This document shows, one piece after another, positions 47,521 to 62,551 of a stretch of 64,000 nt of DNA. The stretch is from Anaerolineales bacterium (GTDB lineage: Bacteria; Chloroflexota; Anaerolineae; Anaerolineales; UBA11579): the NCBI GenBank assembly GCA_019637805.1, contig JAHBVB010000002.1, positions 916,981-980,980 of the forward strand. Reading direction: 5' to 3'. The notes under the pieces are model-generated. The model worked only from the letters and a program-made list of their open reading frames with translations. It ran no database searches and had not been told where the DNA came from. How positions within the stretch are numbered: position 1 is the first letter of the stretch; each line of letters begins with the position of its first letter. The position numbers and the translations under genes were made by a program.

Positions 47521-48198
47521 CTATTCGCTAACGTACACGCCTTCGGAGCTCTCCGGGGCAGCATCCGCCTCGGGGCGAGTATTGCCGCGGTACACCCACA
47601 CCTTCACACCGATCACACTGTACTGGGTGTTGGCTTCAGCGGTTGCATAATCAATGTCGGCGCGCAGCGTGTGCAGCGGCACACGGCCTTCACGCTGCCA
47701 AACCCGGCGAGACATGTCAGAACCGCCCAGGCGGCCTGCCACTTCAACCTTGACGCCTTTGGCGCCGGCGCGCATCGTCTGCTCCACGGCGCGGTTCAGG
47801 GCGCGGCGGTAGCTGATGCGGCGCTGCAGCTGGTCGGCGATGTTCTGCGCGATCAGTTTGGCTTCCAGGTCTGGGTCCTTGATCTCTTTGATATCCAGAT
47901 CGATCTTGGTACCCACCAGGGCTTCCAGGGCTTTGCGCAATTCCTTGACGCTCTCGCCCTTCTTGCCGATCAAAATGCCCGGCTTGGCGGTATGCACGGA
48001 AATCTTCACATTGCCAGGGAAGCGCTCCACCTCAATGCGGGAAATGCCCGCGCGCGGTGCCATCTTGTTCACCAGCTGGCGGATGGCGAAGTCCTGGTGC
48101 AGGCGCTCCACATAATCCTTGCCCTGCGCGAACCAGCGGCCGTCCCAGGTCTTATTGATCTTCAGGCGGAAGCCAATCGGATGTACTTTGCGACCCAT
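47521..48198 (-). CDS. rpsC: 30S ribosomal protein S3
   Basis: MGRKVHPIGFRLKINKTWDGRWFA and a KH domain. I moved the start to 48198, because the upstream in-frame extension overlaps rplV. Confidence 0.96.
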   Translation of the reverse strand: MGRKVHPIGFRLKINKTWDGRWFAQGKDYVERLHQDFAIRQLVNKMAPRAGISRIEVERFPGNVKISVHTAKPGILIGKKGESVKELRKALEALVGTKIDLDIKEIKDPDLEAKLIAQNIADQLQRRISYRRALNRAVEQTMRAGAKGVKVEVAGRLGGSDMSRRVWQREGRVPLHTLRADIDYATAEANTQYSVIGVKVWVYRGNTRPEADAAPESSEGVYVSE

Positions 48199-48205
48199 AA
48201 TTCTC

Positions 48206-48577
48206 CTAGCTCTTCTTTGCCGGCGCGGCAGGCTCAGCCCCGCGTTCGCGCAAAATAACCGTAACGTGAGAGGCGCGGCGCAGCCAAGGCTTAAAGCGGC
48301 CGCGGGCGCCAAAGCGGCGCCATTTGCGCGTGCGGGCCTCGTCGGCGGTGATGGTGTGAATGTACAGGTCCTCACCGTTCAGGCCCATGTTCTTGGTAGC
48401 GTTGGCCGCCGCAGAAGCCACCAGCTTGGAGACCGGCTTGGCCGCCAGGTTGGTGGTGAACTTCAAAATGTTCAGAGCCTCGGCCACATCCTTGCCGCGC
48501 ACCAGATCGATCACCAGGCGCACCTTCTGGGCAGAAATGCCAACATCGCTGGCTTTAGCGCGAATATCTTGAGCCAT
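48206..48577 (-). CDS. rplV: 50S ribosomal protein L22
   Basis: ISAQKVRLVIDLVRGKDVAEALNIL. Confidence 0.95.
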   Translation of the reverse strand: MAQDIRAKASDVGISAQKVRLVIDLVRGKDVAEALNILKFTTNLAAKPVSKLVASAAANATKNMGLNGEDLYIHTITADEARTRKWRRFGARGRFKPWLRRASHVTVILRERGAEPAAPAKKS

Positions 48578-48580
48578 CGC

Positions 48581-48862
48581 TTAGCCTCCCGCCGAAGACT
48601 TCTTCTCATTGACGTGGCCGCGGAAGGTGCGCGTGGGCGCAAATTCGCCCAGGCGGTGACCCACCATGTTCTCAGTCACGTAGATCGGCACATGCCGGCG
48701 GCCGTCATGCACCGCGATCGTATGCCCCACCATCTGAGGGAAGATCTGGCTGGCGCGGCTCCACGTGCGCACCACGGTCTTCTCGTTGCGCTCGTTCATC
48801 GCCTCAATCTTCTTCAACAGTTTCGGGTCGACAAACGGCCCTTTTTTCAGTGAACGTCCCAT
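48581..48862 (-). CDS. rpsS: 30S ribosomal protein S19
   Basis: [18 protein letters not shown] and [16 protein letters not shown]. Confidence 0.96.
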   Translation of the reverse strand: MGRSLKKGPFVDPKLLKKIEAMNERNEKTVVRTWSRASQIFPQMVGHTIAVHDGRRHVPIYVTENMVGHRLGEFAPTRTFRGHVNEKKSSAGG

Positions 48863-48878
48863 TTACTTCTCCAAACCT

Positions 48879-49715
48879 TTAGCGGCGTTTCTTGCCGCGC
48901 TGGCGCAGGATGTACTTATCGCTTGCCTTGTTGCGCCGCGTCTTCTTGCCCAAAGTGGGCTTGCCCCACGGGCTCTTGGGGCTGGCCATACCCACCGGTT
49001 GGCGGCCTTCGCCACCACCGTGGGGATGGTCACGCGGCGTCATCGCCGTGCCGCGCACCGTCGGGCGAATGCCCATGTGGCGCTTGCGGCCGGCCTTGCC
49101 CAGCTTGATGTTGCCGTGGTCCACGTTACCCAGCTGGCCAATCGTGGCATAGCAGGCCTGGCGGATCAGGCGGATCTCGCCCGAAGGCAGGCGGATTTGG
49201 GCGTACTCGCCCTCTTTCGCCGTCAGCTGGGCGCTGGCGCCGGCCGAGCGAACCATCTGGCCGCCCCGCCCTTCCTTCATCTCGATGTTGTGGATCACGG
49301 TACCGGTGGGGATGTTCGCCAGCGGCAACGCATTGCCGGGCTGGATCTCCGCCTTTTCGCCTGCCACCACTTTGTCGCCCACCTTCAAACCCAAGGGCGC
49401 CAAAATATAGGCCTTCTCGCCATCTACATAGTGCAATAGCGCAATGTAGGCTGTGCGACCGGGATCGTACTCAATGCCGGCCACCTTGGCCGGAATGTCG
49501 CGCTTGCTGCGGCGGAAGTCCACTATGCGCAGGCGCTGGGGATGCCCACCGCCGCGATGGCGCACGGTGATCTTGCCGCGTACGTTGCGTCCGCCCGAGG
49601 CCGTCTTCTTGGCCAGCAGCGAGCGTTCTGGCTTGGACTTCGTGATTTCGTCGAAGGTATAGCCAGTTGCGTCGCGGCGACCCGGTGTAGTCGGTTTGTA
49701 CTTCTTAACAGCCAT
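48879..49715 (-). CDS. rplB: 50S ribosomal protein L2
   Basis: [17 protein letters not shown] and [17 protein letters not shown]. Confidence 0.97.
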   Translation of the reverse strand: MAVKKYKPTTPGRRDATGYTFDEITKSKPERSLLAKKTASGGRNVRGKITVRHRGGGHPQRLRIVDFRRSKRDIPAKVAGIEYDPGRTAYIALLHYVDGEKAYILAPLGLKVGDKVVAGEKAEIQPGNALPLANIPTGTVIHNIEMKEGRGGQMVRSAGASAQLTAKEGEYAQIRLPSGEIRLIRQACYATIGQLGNVDHGNIKLGKAGRKRHMGIRPTVRGTAMTPRDHPHGGGEGRQPVGMASPKSPWGKPTLGKKTRRNKASDKYILRQRGKKRR

Positions 49716-50017
49716 TACTTAACACCTTCAAAGAGTTCCATGGTTTCGCCAGGCATCAGGGTCACGATCGCCTTGCGATAGCTGCTGCGGCGCAGCCGCA
49801 TGCGGCGGTTTTGCGCCGAGCGGGCCCGCTTGGCCGGCATATTCATCACATTGACCCGCTCGACCTTCACATTGAAAAGCAGTTCGACCGCGTCTTTGAT
49901 CATTGCCTTGTTGCTGTCAACAGAGACCTCAAAGGCCACCTGGTTCAGCTTGGAATTCTGATAGCTGGACTTCTCGGTGATCAGGGGTCTGCGTAAAACG
50001 TCGTAAACAGTAGTCAT
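49715..50017 (-). CDS. rplW: 50S ribosomal protein L23
   Basis: [29 protein letters not shown]. Confidence 0.94.
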   Translation of the reverse strand: MTTVYDVLRRPLITEKSSYQNSKLNQVAFEVSVDSNKAMIKDAVELLFNVKVERVNVMNMPAKRARSAQNRRMRLRRSSYRKAIVTLMPGETMELFEGVK

Positions 50018-50029
50018 CTTCGCCTGCTC

Positions 50030-50662
50030 TTAGCCCAAGAAGTTCTCGATGGCTTCGATGGAAGCCAGCGGCAGAATGAGCTTGTCATAGGTCAGCAAGT
50101 CACGCACATTGACGTAATTGGCCAACAACGTCTTGAAGACGGGCAAATTGCGTCCGGCGCGCTGAACCATTGCGTAATTGTCGTCCTTGGCCGGCATCAC
50201 CAACAGGGCCGTTCCCTCACCCACCAGGCTGCTGACCGCCTGGGCCACCAGCTTGGTCTTGGCTTCGTCCAGGCCGAAGACATCCACCAGAATGATCTCC
50301 TGCTCAGCCGCCTTGGCGGACAGCGCAGAACGCAGAGCCGCCTGGCGCATCTTCTGCGGCATGCTCTGGCTGTAATCACGCGGGCGCGGCGTGTGGATCT
50401 TGCCGCCGCCTACCCACTGAGCCGAACGGATGGAACCCTGGCGAGCGCGGCCGGTACCCTTCTGCTTCCAGGGCTTGCGGCCGCCGCCGGCGACTTCCGA
50501 GCGGGTCTTGGTCTTGTGCGTACCCAGGCGCGCATTGGCAGCCTGGCGTACATAGGCCTGGTGCATCAGATCGGTGTTGATCGGCGCCTCAAAGATCTTG
50601 GCCGGCAACTCCGCTGTTTGTCCCAGCTTCTTACCTTGAATGTTGTAAACGTCTAGTTTCAT
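50030..50662 (-). CDS. rplD: 50S ribosomal protein L4
   Basis: [29 protein letters not shown]. Confidence 0.96.
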   Translation of the reverse strand: MKLDVYNIQGKKLGQTAELPAKIFEAPINTDLMHQAYVRQAANARLGTHKTKTRSEVAGGGRKPWKQKGTGRARQGSIRSAQWVGGGKIHTPRPRDYSQSMPQKMRQAALRSALSAKAAEQEIILVDVFGLDEAKTKLVAQAVSSLVGEGTALLVMPAKDDNYAMVQRAGRNLPVFKTLLANYVNVRDLLTYDKLILPLASIEAIENFLG

Positions 50663-50680
50663 GGATGACTTCCCGAGCCG

Positions 50681-51310
50681 TTAGGCCTTGCGGGCCTCCC
50701 GGATGGTCACGATCGTGCCCTTGCCGCCCGCCACTGCGCCGTGCACGCCGATCAGGTTCTTCTCGGTGTCCACCAGCACGACCTTCAGGTTCATGGCGGT
50801 TACCTGGCGGGAACCCATATGGCCGGGCATCCGCTTGCCCTTGAACACTTTGCCGGGATACGTGCCGGCGCCAATCGAGCCCACCGCGCGCTGCCGGTCA
50901 GACTGGCCGTGCGTAATGGGACCGCCGCCGAAACCGTGGCGCTTCATCGCGCCGGCAAACCCCTTGCCTTTGCTCACACCGATAATATCGACGTGGTCGC
51001 CAATGGCAAACGACTCCGCGGTCACGGTGTCGCCTTCGGTAATTTCGGGGGATTTGGTGCGGAATTCACGCAGGAACCGCAACAGGGGAGCCTGGGTGCG
51101 GTTAAGGTGGCCGCGTTGGCCGCCGGTCAGGTGCTTGGCCTTGGTCTCGCCAAAGCCCAGCTGCACAGCGCTATAGCCATCCGTGTCCGGGCGACGCACC
51201 TGGGTGACATAACAAGGCCCAGCCTCGATAAGCGTGACCGGCAACGCACGGCCTTGCTCGTCGAAGATCTGGGTCATGCCGATCTTCTTTCCAATAAGCC
51301 CTTTAAACAT
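50681..51310 (-). CDS. rplC: 50S ribosomal protein L3
   Basis: MFKGLIGKKIGMTQIF and GKGFAGAMKRHGFGGGP. I moved the start to 51310. Confidence 0.96.
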   Translation of the reverse strand: MFKGLIGKKIGMTQIFDEQGRALPVTLIEAGPCYVTQVRRPDTDGYSAVQLGFGETKAKHLTGGQRGHLNRTQAPLLRFLREFRTKSPEITEGDTVTAESFAIGDHVDIIGVSKGKGFAGAMKRHGFGGGPITHGQSDRQRAVGSIGAGTYPGKVFKGKRMPGHMGSRQVTAMNLKVVLVDTEKNLIGVHGAVAGGKGTIVTIREARKA

Positions 51311-51542
51311 CTTCGGTTTGCTCCTTAGTTCCATTGTTAGGGACTGTCAGTCTGGGCTAGACTGCATCATCCCGAGTGGCACAGTCAGCCACCAGCTGGG
51401 AGAACTTTGCGTCTCCCTTACTGGTGGCTCTTGCACCACCCCAGCAAAGCCTTAGCTCTGCATGTTCTGCTCATTTTTCTGGGCTTGGCCAGCGAATGGC
51501 CAAGCCCAGAACTATACCAAACAGTCGTCTATTCGTCCAGTG
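51311..51542 (-). other. Unusually long (232 nt) structured intercistronic spacer between rpsJ and rplC
   Basis: It contains no ORF. Nested hairpin at 51389..51427: CCACCAGctGGGAGAactttgcgTCTCCCttaCTGGTGG. A 12-bp hairpin at 51479..51509: CTGGGCTTGGCCagcgaatGGCCAAGCCCAG. A smaller stem at 51348..51365: CAGTCTgggctAGACTG. Confidence 0.5.
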
Positions 51543-51857
51543 CTAGATCTTGATCTCGATGTCTACACCGGCGGGCAGATTCAGACGCATCAACATATCG
51601 ATCGTCTTGGAGTCCGGCTCCAGCACGTCAATAATGCGGTTGTGCGTACGGATCTCAAAGTGCTCGTGCGAGTCCTTGTCAATAAAGGTCGAGCGGCGCA
51701 CCGTAAAACGTTCACGCTTGGTGGGCAGCGGCACCGGGCCTACCACACGGGCGCCAGTGCGTTCTGCCGTCTCCACAATCCGCTTGGCGGACTGGTCGAT
51801 CACACGGTGATCGTAGGCTTTGAGACGAATGCGGATCTTCTGCTTGGTGGTTGCCAT
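51543..51857 (-). CDS. rpsJ: 30S ribosomal protein S10
   Basis: [30 protein letters not shown]. The start at 51857 is 1 nt after the tuf stop. Confidence 0.96.
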   Translation of the reverse strand: MATTKQKIRIRLKAYDHRVIDQSAKRIVETAERTGARVVGPVPLPTKRERFTVRRSTFIDKDSHEHFEIRTHNRIIDVLEPDSKTIDMLMRLNLPAGVDIEIKI

Positions 51858-51858
51858 G

Positions 51859-53061
<1,203 letters not shown>

Positions 53062-53089
53062 GATTGCTCCTTATTCCTTAGCAGTCCAG

Positions 53090-55165
53090 CTAGTTGGCCT
53101 GAATGAGTTCCTCAGCCAAGTTGGCCGAGACTTGAGAGTAGTGATCAAATTCCATCGTAAACGCACCGCGGCCCTGCGTAGCAGAGCGCAACTCGGTGGC
53201 GTAACCGAACATTTCAGCCAGCGGCACCATGGCACGCACAGACTGCACACCACCCTGGCGAGGTTCCATACCCTGGATCTCGCCGCGGCGGGCGCTCAAC
53301 TGGCCTACGATATCGCCAAGGTACTCCTCAGGAATGGTCACTTCAACTTTCATAACCGGCTCCATCAGAACCGCCTTGCCGATACGCATACCTTCCTTGA
53401 AGGCCATCGAACCGGCCATCTTGAAGGCCATTTCATTCGAGTCGACTTCATGGAAGGAGCCGTCATAAAGGGTTACGGCGATGTCCGTGACCGGGTAACC
53501 GCCCACCACGCCGGCCTCAGAGGCCTCGCGCACACCCTTCTCGATTGCCGGGATGTATTCCTTGGGAATAGCGCCCCCGACAATTTTGTTCTCAAAGCTG
53601 ATGCCGCTGCCCGGTTCGCTGGGTTCCATTTTCAAAATGGCGTGGCCATACTGGCCGCGGCCGCCGGACTGCTTGACGTAACGCATTTCGGCTTTTTCCA
53701 CCGGACGCGTGATGGTTTCACGGTAAGCCACCCGCGGGCGTCCCACCGTCGCAGCCACCTTGAACTCACGCATCATGCGGTCCACCAGAATATCCAGGTG
53801 CAGCTCACCCATACCGGAGATCACGGTTTGGCCGGTCTCCGCATCGGTCTGCACGCGGAAGGTGGGGTCTTCCTCGGCCAGGCGATGCAGCGCTTCGGCC
53901 ATCTTGTCCTGGTCGGCGTTGGTCTTGGGTTCCACCGCAATCGAGATCACCGGCTCAGGGAAGCTGATGTTTTCCAGAATGATCTGCTTGGTTTCATCGC
54001 ACAGTGTGTCACCGGTGAAGGAGTTCTTCAAACCGATCACCGCACCAATGTCGCCCGCCACCACTTCTTCGATCTCTTCACGGCGGTCGGCATACATACG
54101 GATCAAACGGCCAATGCGCTCGCGGTTCTTCTTCGAGGAGTTGTAGACAGAGCCGCCCTTGACGATCTTGCCGGAGTACACCCGGAAATAGGCCAGGCGG
54201 CCCACGAACGGGTCAGCCACGATCTTGAAGACCAAAGCGCTCAGCGGCTCTTCGTTCTTGGGGTGGCGCTCAACCGTCTCTTCGCTGCGCGGGTCAATGC
54301 CTTCCACTGCCGGAATGTCCAGCGGGGACGGCAGGTAATCGATCACCGCGTCCAGCACGGGCTGCACGCCGCGGTTCTTCAAAGAAGAGCCGCAGAACAC
54401 AGCATTGGCCCTGCCTTCGATCACAGCCTTGCGCAGTGCAGCCTTCAGTTCAGCAATGCTGATCTCCTGGCCTTCCAGATACTTGTGCGTCAGAGAGTCA
54501 TCGGTTTCGGCAATGCCTTCCACCATGCGCTCGCGCCATTCCTTGGCCTGGGCCTGCAGGTCAGCCGGAATATCGCCGACCACCGGCTTGGCGCCGGTCT
54601 CTTCTTCCCAAATGATCGCCTTCTGCTCCAACAGGTCGATAATGCCCTGGAAGCTGGACTCGGCGCCGATCGGCAGCTGCATCGCGATCGGGTTGGCGCC
54701 CAGGCGCACACGGATGCTCTCCAGGCTGCGCTCAAAAGAAGCGCCGATGCGGTCCATCTTATTAATGAAGCAGATGCGCGGTACACCGTAGCGGTCAGCC
54801 TGGCGCCACACAGTTTCACTCTGCGGCTCCACGCCTTGCACGGCGTCAAAAACCACCACACCGCCGTCCAGCACGCGCAAGGAGCGCTGCACTTCGGCGG
54901 TGAAGTCGATGTGGCCCGGGGTGTCGATCACATTGATCAGGTGTTCTTTCCACTCGGCAGTCACCGCCGCAGACACGATGGTGATGCCGCGCTCGCGTTC
55001 CTGCTCCATCCAGTCGGTGACGGTGTTGCCTTCGTCCACCGAACCCAGGCGGTGCGTCTTGCCGGTGTAGAACAAGATACGCTCGGTAGTGGTCGTCTTA
55101 CCGGCGTCAATATGGGCAATAATGCCTATGTTTCTAAATTTCTCAAGCGGATAAGTAGCGGGCAT
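53090..55165 (-). CDS. fusA: Elongation factor G
   Basis: [33 protein letters not shown] and NKMD. Confidence 0.98.
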   Translation of the reverse strand: MPATYPLEKFRNIGIIAHIDAGKTTTTERILFYTGKTHRLGSVDEGNTVTDWMEQERERGITIVSAAVTAEWKEHLINVIDTPGHIDFTAEVQRSLRVLDGGVVVFDAVQGVEPQSETVWRQADRYGVPRICFINKMDRIGASFERSLESIRVRLGANPIAMQLPIGAESSFQGIIDLLEQKAIIWEEETGAKPVVGDIPADLQAQAKEWRERMVEGIAETDDSLTHKYLEGQEISIAELKAALRKAVIEGRANAVFCGSSLKNRGVQPVLDAVIDYLPSPLDIPAVEGIDPRSEETVERHPKNEEPLSALVFKIVADPFVGRLAYFRVYSGKIVKGGSVYNSSKKNRERIGRLIRMYADRREEIEEVVAGDIGAVIGLKNSFTGDTLCDETKQIILENISFPEPVISIAVEPKTNADQDKMAEALHRLAEEDPTFRVQTDAETGQTVISGMGELHLDILVDRMMREFKVAATVGRPRVAYRETITRPVEKAEMRYVKQSGGRGQYGHAILKMEPSEPGSGISFENKIVGGAIPKEYIPAIEKGVREASEAGVVGGYPVTDIAVTLYDGSFHEVDSNEMAFKMAGSMAFKEGMRIGKAVLMEPVMKVEVTIPEEYLGDIVGQLSARRGEIQGMEPRQGGVQSVRAMVPLAEMFGYATELRSATQGRGAFTMEFDHYSQVSANLAEELIQAN

Positions 55166-55193
55166 AACTCTCTTTGTTCATTACTCCGTATTT

Positions 55194-55664
55194 CTAAACA
55201 CGATAATGGGAGAAGGCGCGGTTGGCCTCTGCCATCTTGTGGGTTTCGTCTTTTTTGCGAACAGAAGCGCCCTGCCCGGCGGCCGCTTCGCTCAGCTCAG
55301 CAGCCAATTTCTCGGAAAAGGACTTGCCGCCACGCCCGCGCGCCGAAGCAATGATCCAGCGCGAAGCCAGGGCGAACTGGCGCTCCGGGTTCACTTCCAT
55401 CGGCACTTGGTAGGTGGCGCCGCCTACGCGCCGCGGACGCACTTCCATCTGCGGGCCTACGTTCTTGAAGGCGGTGCTGAACACTTCCATCGGGTTTTGC
55501 TTCTTCTGCTTCTCGATCAGGTCCAGGGCGCCATATACCTGGCGGGCGGCGGTGCTCTTCTTGCCGCCGCGCATGACGCGATTAATGAACATCTGCACCT
55601 CAACGCTGCTGAAACGAGCGTCAGGAGCAATAATGCGCTTCTCGGGTTTCTGTCTGCGTGCCAT
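55194..55664 (-). CDS. rpsG: 30S ribosomal protein S7
   Basis: MARRQKPEKR..VEVQMFINRVM and the C-terminal ANRAFSHYR. Confidence 0.96.
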   Translation of the reverse strand: MARRQKPEKRIIAPDARFSSVEVQMFINRVMRGGKKSTAARQVYGALDLIEKQKKQNPMEVFSTAFKNVGPQMEVRPRRVGGATYQVPMEVNPERQFALASRWIIASARGRGGKSFSEKLAAELSEAAAGQGASVRKKDETHKMAEANRAFSHYRV

Positions 55665-55689
55665 CTACTTCTCCACTATGCGATGAATG

Positions 55690-56109
55690 CTAGGCCTTGG
55701 GCCGTTTGCTTCCGTACTTGGAACGCGCCTGCTTGCGGTCATTCACCCCGGTGGTATCCAGGGTGCCGCGCACGATGTGGTAACGCACACCGGGCAGGTC
55801 CTTCACACGGCCGCCGCGCACCAGCACCACCGAGTGCTCTTGCAGCGTATGACCCTCGCCGGGAATGTAAGCGCTAACTTCCATGCCGTTGCTCAGGCGC
55901 ACACGGGCGATCTTCCGCAAAGCAGAGTTCGGCTTCTTGGGGGTCATCGTACGCACAACCGTGCACACGCCGCGCTTCTGCGGGGAACCCTTAGGCAGGC
56001 GAATGCGGCGCTGCGTATGCGTGTTGAACACATACTGCAAAGCCGGCGCTTTGGTCTTTGCCCGTTTTGTTTTGCGGCCCTTGCGGACCAGCTGGTTAAT
56101 CGTCGGCAC
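55690..56109 (-). CDS. rpsL: 30S ribosomal protein S12
   Basis: [11 protein letters not shown] and KKPNSALRK. The start codon is GTG. Confidence 0.97.
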   Translation of the reverse strand: MPTINQLVRKGRKTKRAKTKAPALQYVFNTHTQRRIRLPKGSPQKRGVCTVVRTMTPKKPNSALRKIARVRLSNGMEVSAYIPGEGHTLQEHSVVLVRGGRVKDLPGVRYHIVRGTLDTTGVNDRKQARSKYGSKRPKA

Positions 56110-56234
56110 TCTTCTTCTCCGTTCTACGTTTCACTACATCTTTTCGTACATCGAGGCCATCGCGTGCTGGATGGCCTCGACATTGACTGCGCTATGCGGG
56201 CCCAATCGGCCCGGATCCTACGTCGCGGCGAAAG

Positions 56235-56259
56235 ATTTTAGCAGTATCCCCAATTTGCG

Positions 56260-56263
<4 letters not shown>
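56235..56263 (-). promoter_or_regulatory. Sigma-70-type promoter for rpsL-rpsG-fusA-tuf, with the -35 box overlapping the rpoB stop codon
   Basis: The minus strand has TTGACG (56263..56258), a 17-nt spacer, then TAAAAT (56240..56235). The rpoB TGA (56262..56260) lies inside the -35 hexamer. Confidence 0.6.
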
Positions 56264-60186
<3,923 letters not shown>

Positions 60187-60276
60187 TCAGCGCCTCCTAA
60201 GAATGAAAGATGCTGCAAAATACGAAAAAGCCGCTCTCCAAAAACACCGGAAGTAGCGGTAGGTTGCCAATCGTCA

Positions 60277-60306
60277 ATTATATGGTAGAGCGGCTAACTA
60301 TGTCAA
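60277..60306 (-). promoter_or_regulatory. Consensus sigma-70 promoter upstream of rpoB
   Basis: The minus strand has TTGACA (60306..60301), an 18-nt spacer, then TATAAT (60282..60277). This leaves a leader of about 85 nt to the rpoB ATG, with the RBS AGGAGG. Confidence 0.65.
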
Positions 60307-60378
60307 GCCAGATCTGGCTCTCTTTAGGTTAATCCAATTCTCTAGTCGCTTACCCGCCTGGGTAGTATCATTTATACC

Positions 60379-60767
60379 CCAGGTCAGCTGGATGATCGCT
60401 GGAATTTGCTGTTAAGCATCTTCCAGAGGAAAGTCCGCACTCCACAGAGCATGACGCCGGGGAAACTCCCGGGGCGGGGCAACCTGCCGGATCAGGGCCA
60501 CAGAAACATACCGCCAAACGCTGCGGTTGGATGCAGCTTGCTGCACACAATGCAGCGTAGGCAAGGGTGAAATGGTGGTGTAAGAGACCACCGGCGCGGG
60601 CAGCAATGCTCGCGGCCGGGCAACCCCCGTCAGGAGCAAGGCCGAGCAGGGACGAGCAGCGGCTCGCTGCGTTTGAGTCCCGGGTTGGCTGCACCGAGCT
60701 GGCCAGAGATGGCCAGCCCAGACAGATGATCATCCACGACAGAATGCGGCTTACAGGCTGGCCTGGG
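60379..60767 (+). ncRNA. rnpB: RNase P RNA, bacterial type A
   Basis: Universal blocks are present: GAGGAAAGUCCG, CACAGAAACAUACCGCC, AAGGGUGAAAUGGUGGUGUAAGAGACCACC, GGAGCAAGGCC and CACGACAGAAUGCGGCUUACAGG. The P1 pairing is CCAGGUCAGC/GCUGGCCUGG and the P2 pairing is UGGAUGAUC/GAUCAUCCA. End coordinates are good to within a few nt. Confidence 0.93.
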
Positions 60768-60778
60768 AAGCAGTCCTA

Positions 60779-60815
60779 AGTGAGCAGTGCTCGAAAGAAC
60801 ACTGCTCACTGCTTT
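60779..60815 (+). terminator. Hairpin terminator-like element after rnpB
   Basis: AGTGAGCAGTGctcgaaagaaCACTGCTCACT followed by GCTTT. The stem is 11 bp and the U tract is weak. Confidence 0.5.
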
Positions 60816-60837
60816 ACTACCACAAGAGGAAAATACC

Positions 60838-61743
60838 ATGCCAAACAAACCAATCCTCGGCTTCATCGGCCTCGGCCTGATGGGCAAACCCATGGCCGCT
60901 CATCTGCTCAAGGCCGGCTTCCCGTTATGGGTGCACAACCGCAGCCAGGCCGCCGTGGACGAGCTGGTCGCGCTGGGCGCCACTGCGGCCGGCAGCCCGG
61001 CTGAGCTGGCGGCCGCAGTCGACATCGTCTTCACCTGCCTGCCAGACTCGCCAGACGTGGAACAGGTCGTCCTCGGCCCGGACGGTATCGCCGGCGGCGC
61101 CGGGCCTGGCCTCATCGTCGTAGACCACTCCACCATCAAGCCAGCCACCGCCCGCCACTTAGCGGCGGCCCTGGCCGAACGCGGCCTGGGCTGGCTGGAC
61201 GCTCCCGTCAGCGGCGGCCAGCTCGGCGCCGAACAAGGCACCCTGACCGTCATGGTCGGCGGAGAGGCGGACGCGCTGGAACGTGCCCGCCCGGCCCTCG
61301 AAGCCTTTTCCAAGGCCATCACCCACATCGGCGCCGCCGGCGCCGGCCAGGTGGCCAAATGCTGCAACCAGATCATGGTCGCCGCCCAAATGACCGCCCT
61401 GGCCGAGCTGCTCATCTTCGCCCGCAAGGCCGATGTCGATCCTGCCAAGGTGGTCCAGGCCATCCGCGGCGGCGCCGCCGCCTGCTGGACGCTGGACAAC
61501 AAACCCGAGCGCCTCTTCGCCGGCAACCGCCAGCCAGGCTTCAAAGCCTATATGCAGGCCAAGGACATGGGCATCGTCATGGACAGCGCCGCCGAATTCG
61601 GCATGCCGCTGCCCGCTAGCGAAGTAGCCACCCAGCTCTACGATCAGATGCTGGAAATGGGCCTGGGTGACCTGGACAACTCCGCCCTGGTCGGCGTGCT
61701 GGAAAAGATGGCCGGAGTGCAGCTATTAGCGGATAGCGATTAG
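60838..61743 (+). CDS. NAD(P)-dependent beta-hydroxyacid dehydrogenase (3-hydroxyisobutyrate / 2-hydroxy-3-oxopropionate reductase family)
   Basis: ILGFIGLGLMGKPMAAHL Rossmann N-terminus, DAPVSGG, and KCCNQIMVAA. I moved the start to the ATG at 60838. Confidence 0.88.
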   Translation: MPNKPILGFIGLGLMGKPMAAHLLKAGFPLWVHNRSQAAVDELVALGATAAGSPAELAAAVDIVFTCLPDSPDVEQVVLGPDGIAGGAGPGLIVVDHSTIKPATARHLAAALAERGLGWLDAPVSGGQLGAEQGTLTVMVGGEADALERARPALEAFSKAITHIGAAGAGQVAKCCNQIMVAAQMTALAELLIFARKADVDPAKVVQAIRGGAAACWTLDNKPERLFAGNRQPGFKAYMQAKDMGIVMDSAAEFGMPLPASEVATQLYDQMLEMGLGDLDNSALVGVLEKMAGVQLLADSD

Positions 61744-61858
61744 CCAAAAAGACGCCAGCCGTGTCATTCTGAGCGAGTACTGCAACCAACACCCAATCGC
61801 CGAACCTCGGCCAGCGAACGCTGGGTTTCGCTTAGGGCTTAGAGCTAACAGCGAGCCG

Positions 61859-62551
61859 CTACAAAAACTGCGAATACACAAACACCGCCGCCACCACCAT
61901 CAGCAGCGTCCCCAGGCTAAAGGCCAGCCGCTCCGCCCAGACCGGCACTGCATCCCGTCCAAACACCACCCGCCAGCCGCGCCACAGCTGCCCGGCCGCC
62001 GCCAGCAGCGCCCCGCCGCAGGCCATATAGGCCCAGGGCATGGCCCAGTTGCGGTCCATCATCTTATAAATGCCGGCATACACCAGCACCGCCATCGCGA
62101 TGATATGCCCCAGCAGGATCAGGCGCGTGCCGCCGCGGTTCTCGGCATTGCGCACCAGCAGGCGGTGCGCCTGCCAGGTCACCAGGAAAACGCCAATGCG
62201 CATAATGCCGGAGGGAACGGCCGCATATTCATCCGGGCGCAGCACGTCCAGGCCCAGAGCGAAGCACAGTGCCATCAGCGGCACCGCCGCCGCGGCCCCC
62301 GTCACCAGCGGCCCGCCCCATTGCTTCAGCGCTTCGCCCACTGCCAGGGTGGCCAGGCCAAAAACGAACATACCCAGCAGGCCGGTCTCGCTGCCCTGAA
62401 AGGTCTTCTCCCCGGCCGTGAACCAGATGTGCGCGACCAGCGCCAGGTAAAGCGCCATGCGCGCCCCGGCTGCGGCCTGCGCCACCTCGCGCCGGTCAAA
62501 CCAGGCGGCCGCAGCCAAAGCCGCCACCCCCAGCGCCAACCAAAGCGTCAT
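61859..62551 (-). CDS. Integral membrane protein, function unknown
   Basis: 230 aa with about 7 hydrophobic helices. It has a 4-nt overlap with the era stop. I recognise no family with confidence. Confidence 0.55.
   Translation of the reverse strand: MTLWLALGVAALAAAAWFDRREVAQAAAGARMALYLALVAHIWFTAGEKTFQGSETGLLGMFVFGLATLAVGEALKQWGGPLVTGAAAAVPLMALCFALGLDVLRPDEYAAVPSGIMRIGVFLVTWQAHRLLVRNAENRGGTRLILLGHIIAMAVLVYAGIYKMMDRNWAMPWAYMACGGALLAAAGQLWRGWRVVFGRDAVPVWAERLAFSLGTLLMVVAAVFVYSQFL

Noticed and set aside
47521-48375. N-terminal in-frame extensions in the track ORFs for rpsC, and likewise for rplO, rplR, rplN, rplC, rpsJ, recA, rny, era, murC, the DinB gene, the GNAT gene and the dehydrogenase
   Set aside because: The extensions overlap the preceding gene or intergenic signals. 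They precede the universally conserved N-termini (for example MGRKVHPIGFR for S3). Internal ATG/GTG starts adjacent to the upstream stop fit far better.
51479-51509. A 12-bp perfect hairpin considered as an intrinsic terminator splitting the S10 operon
   Set aside because: On the coding (minus) strand it is followed by AAAAA rather than a U tract. On the plus strand the T run precedes the stem. It is therefore not a canonical terminator in either direction, and I kept it as part of the structured-spacer finding instead.
60368-60893. ORFs of 121, 75, 70 and 87 aa overlapping 60368..60893
   Set aside because: The region is RNase P RNA plus its terminator hairpin. These ORFs are chance frames within a structured RNA gene.
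61744-61858. The convergent intergenic region with a gtcattctgagcgag-like string and a weak AGCGAA/TTCGCT stem, considered as a repeat element or terminator
   Set aside because: There is only one copy in this window, the stem is only 6 bp and there is no T tract. A genome-wide repeat search would be needed.
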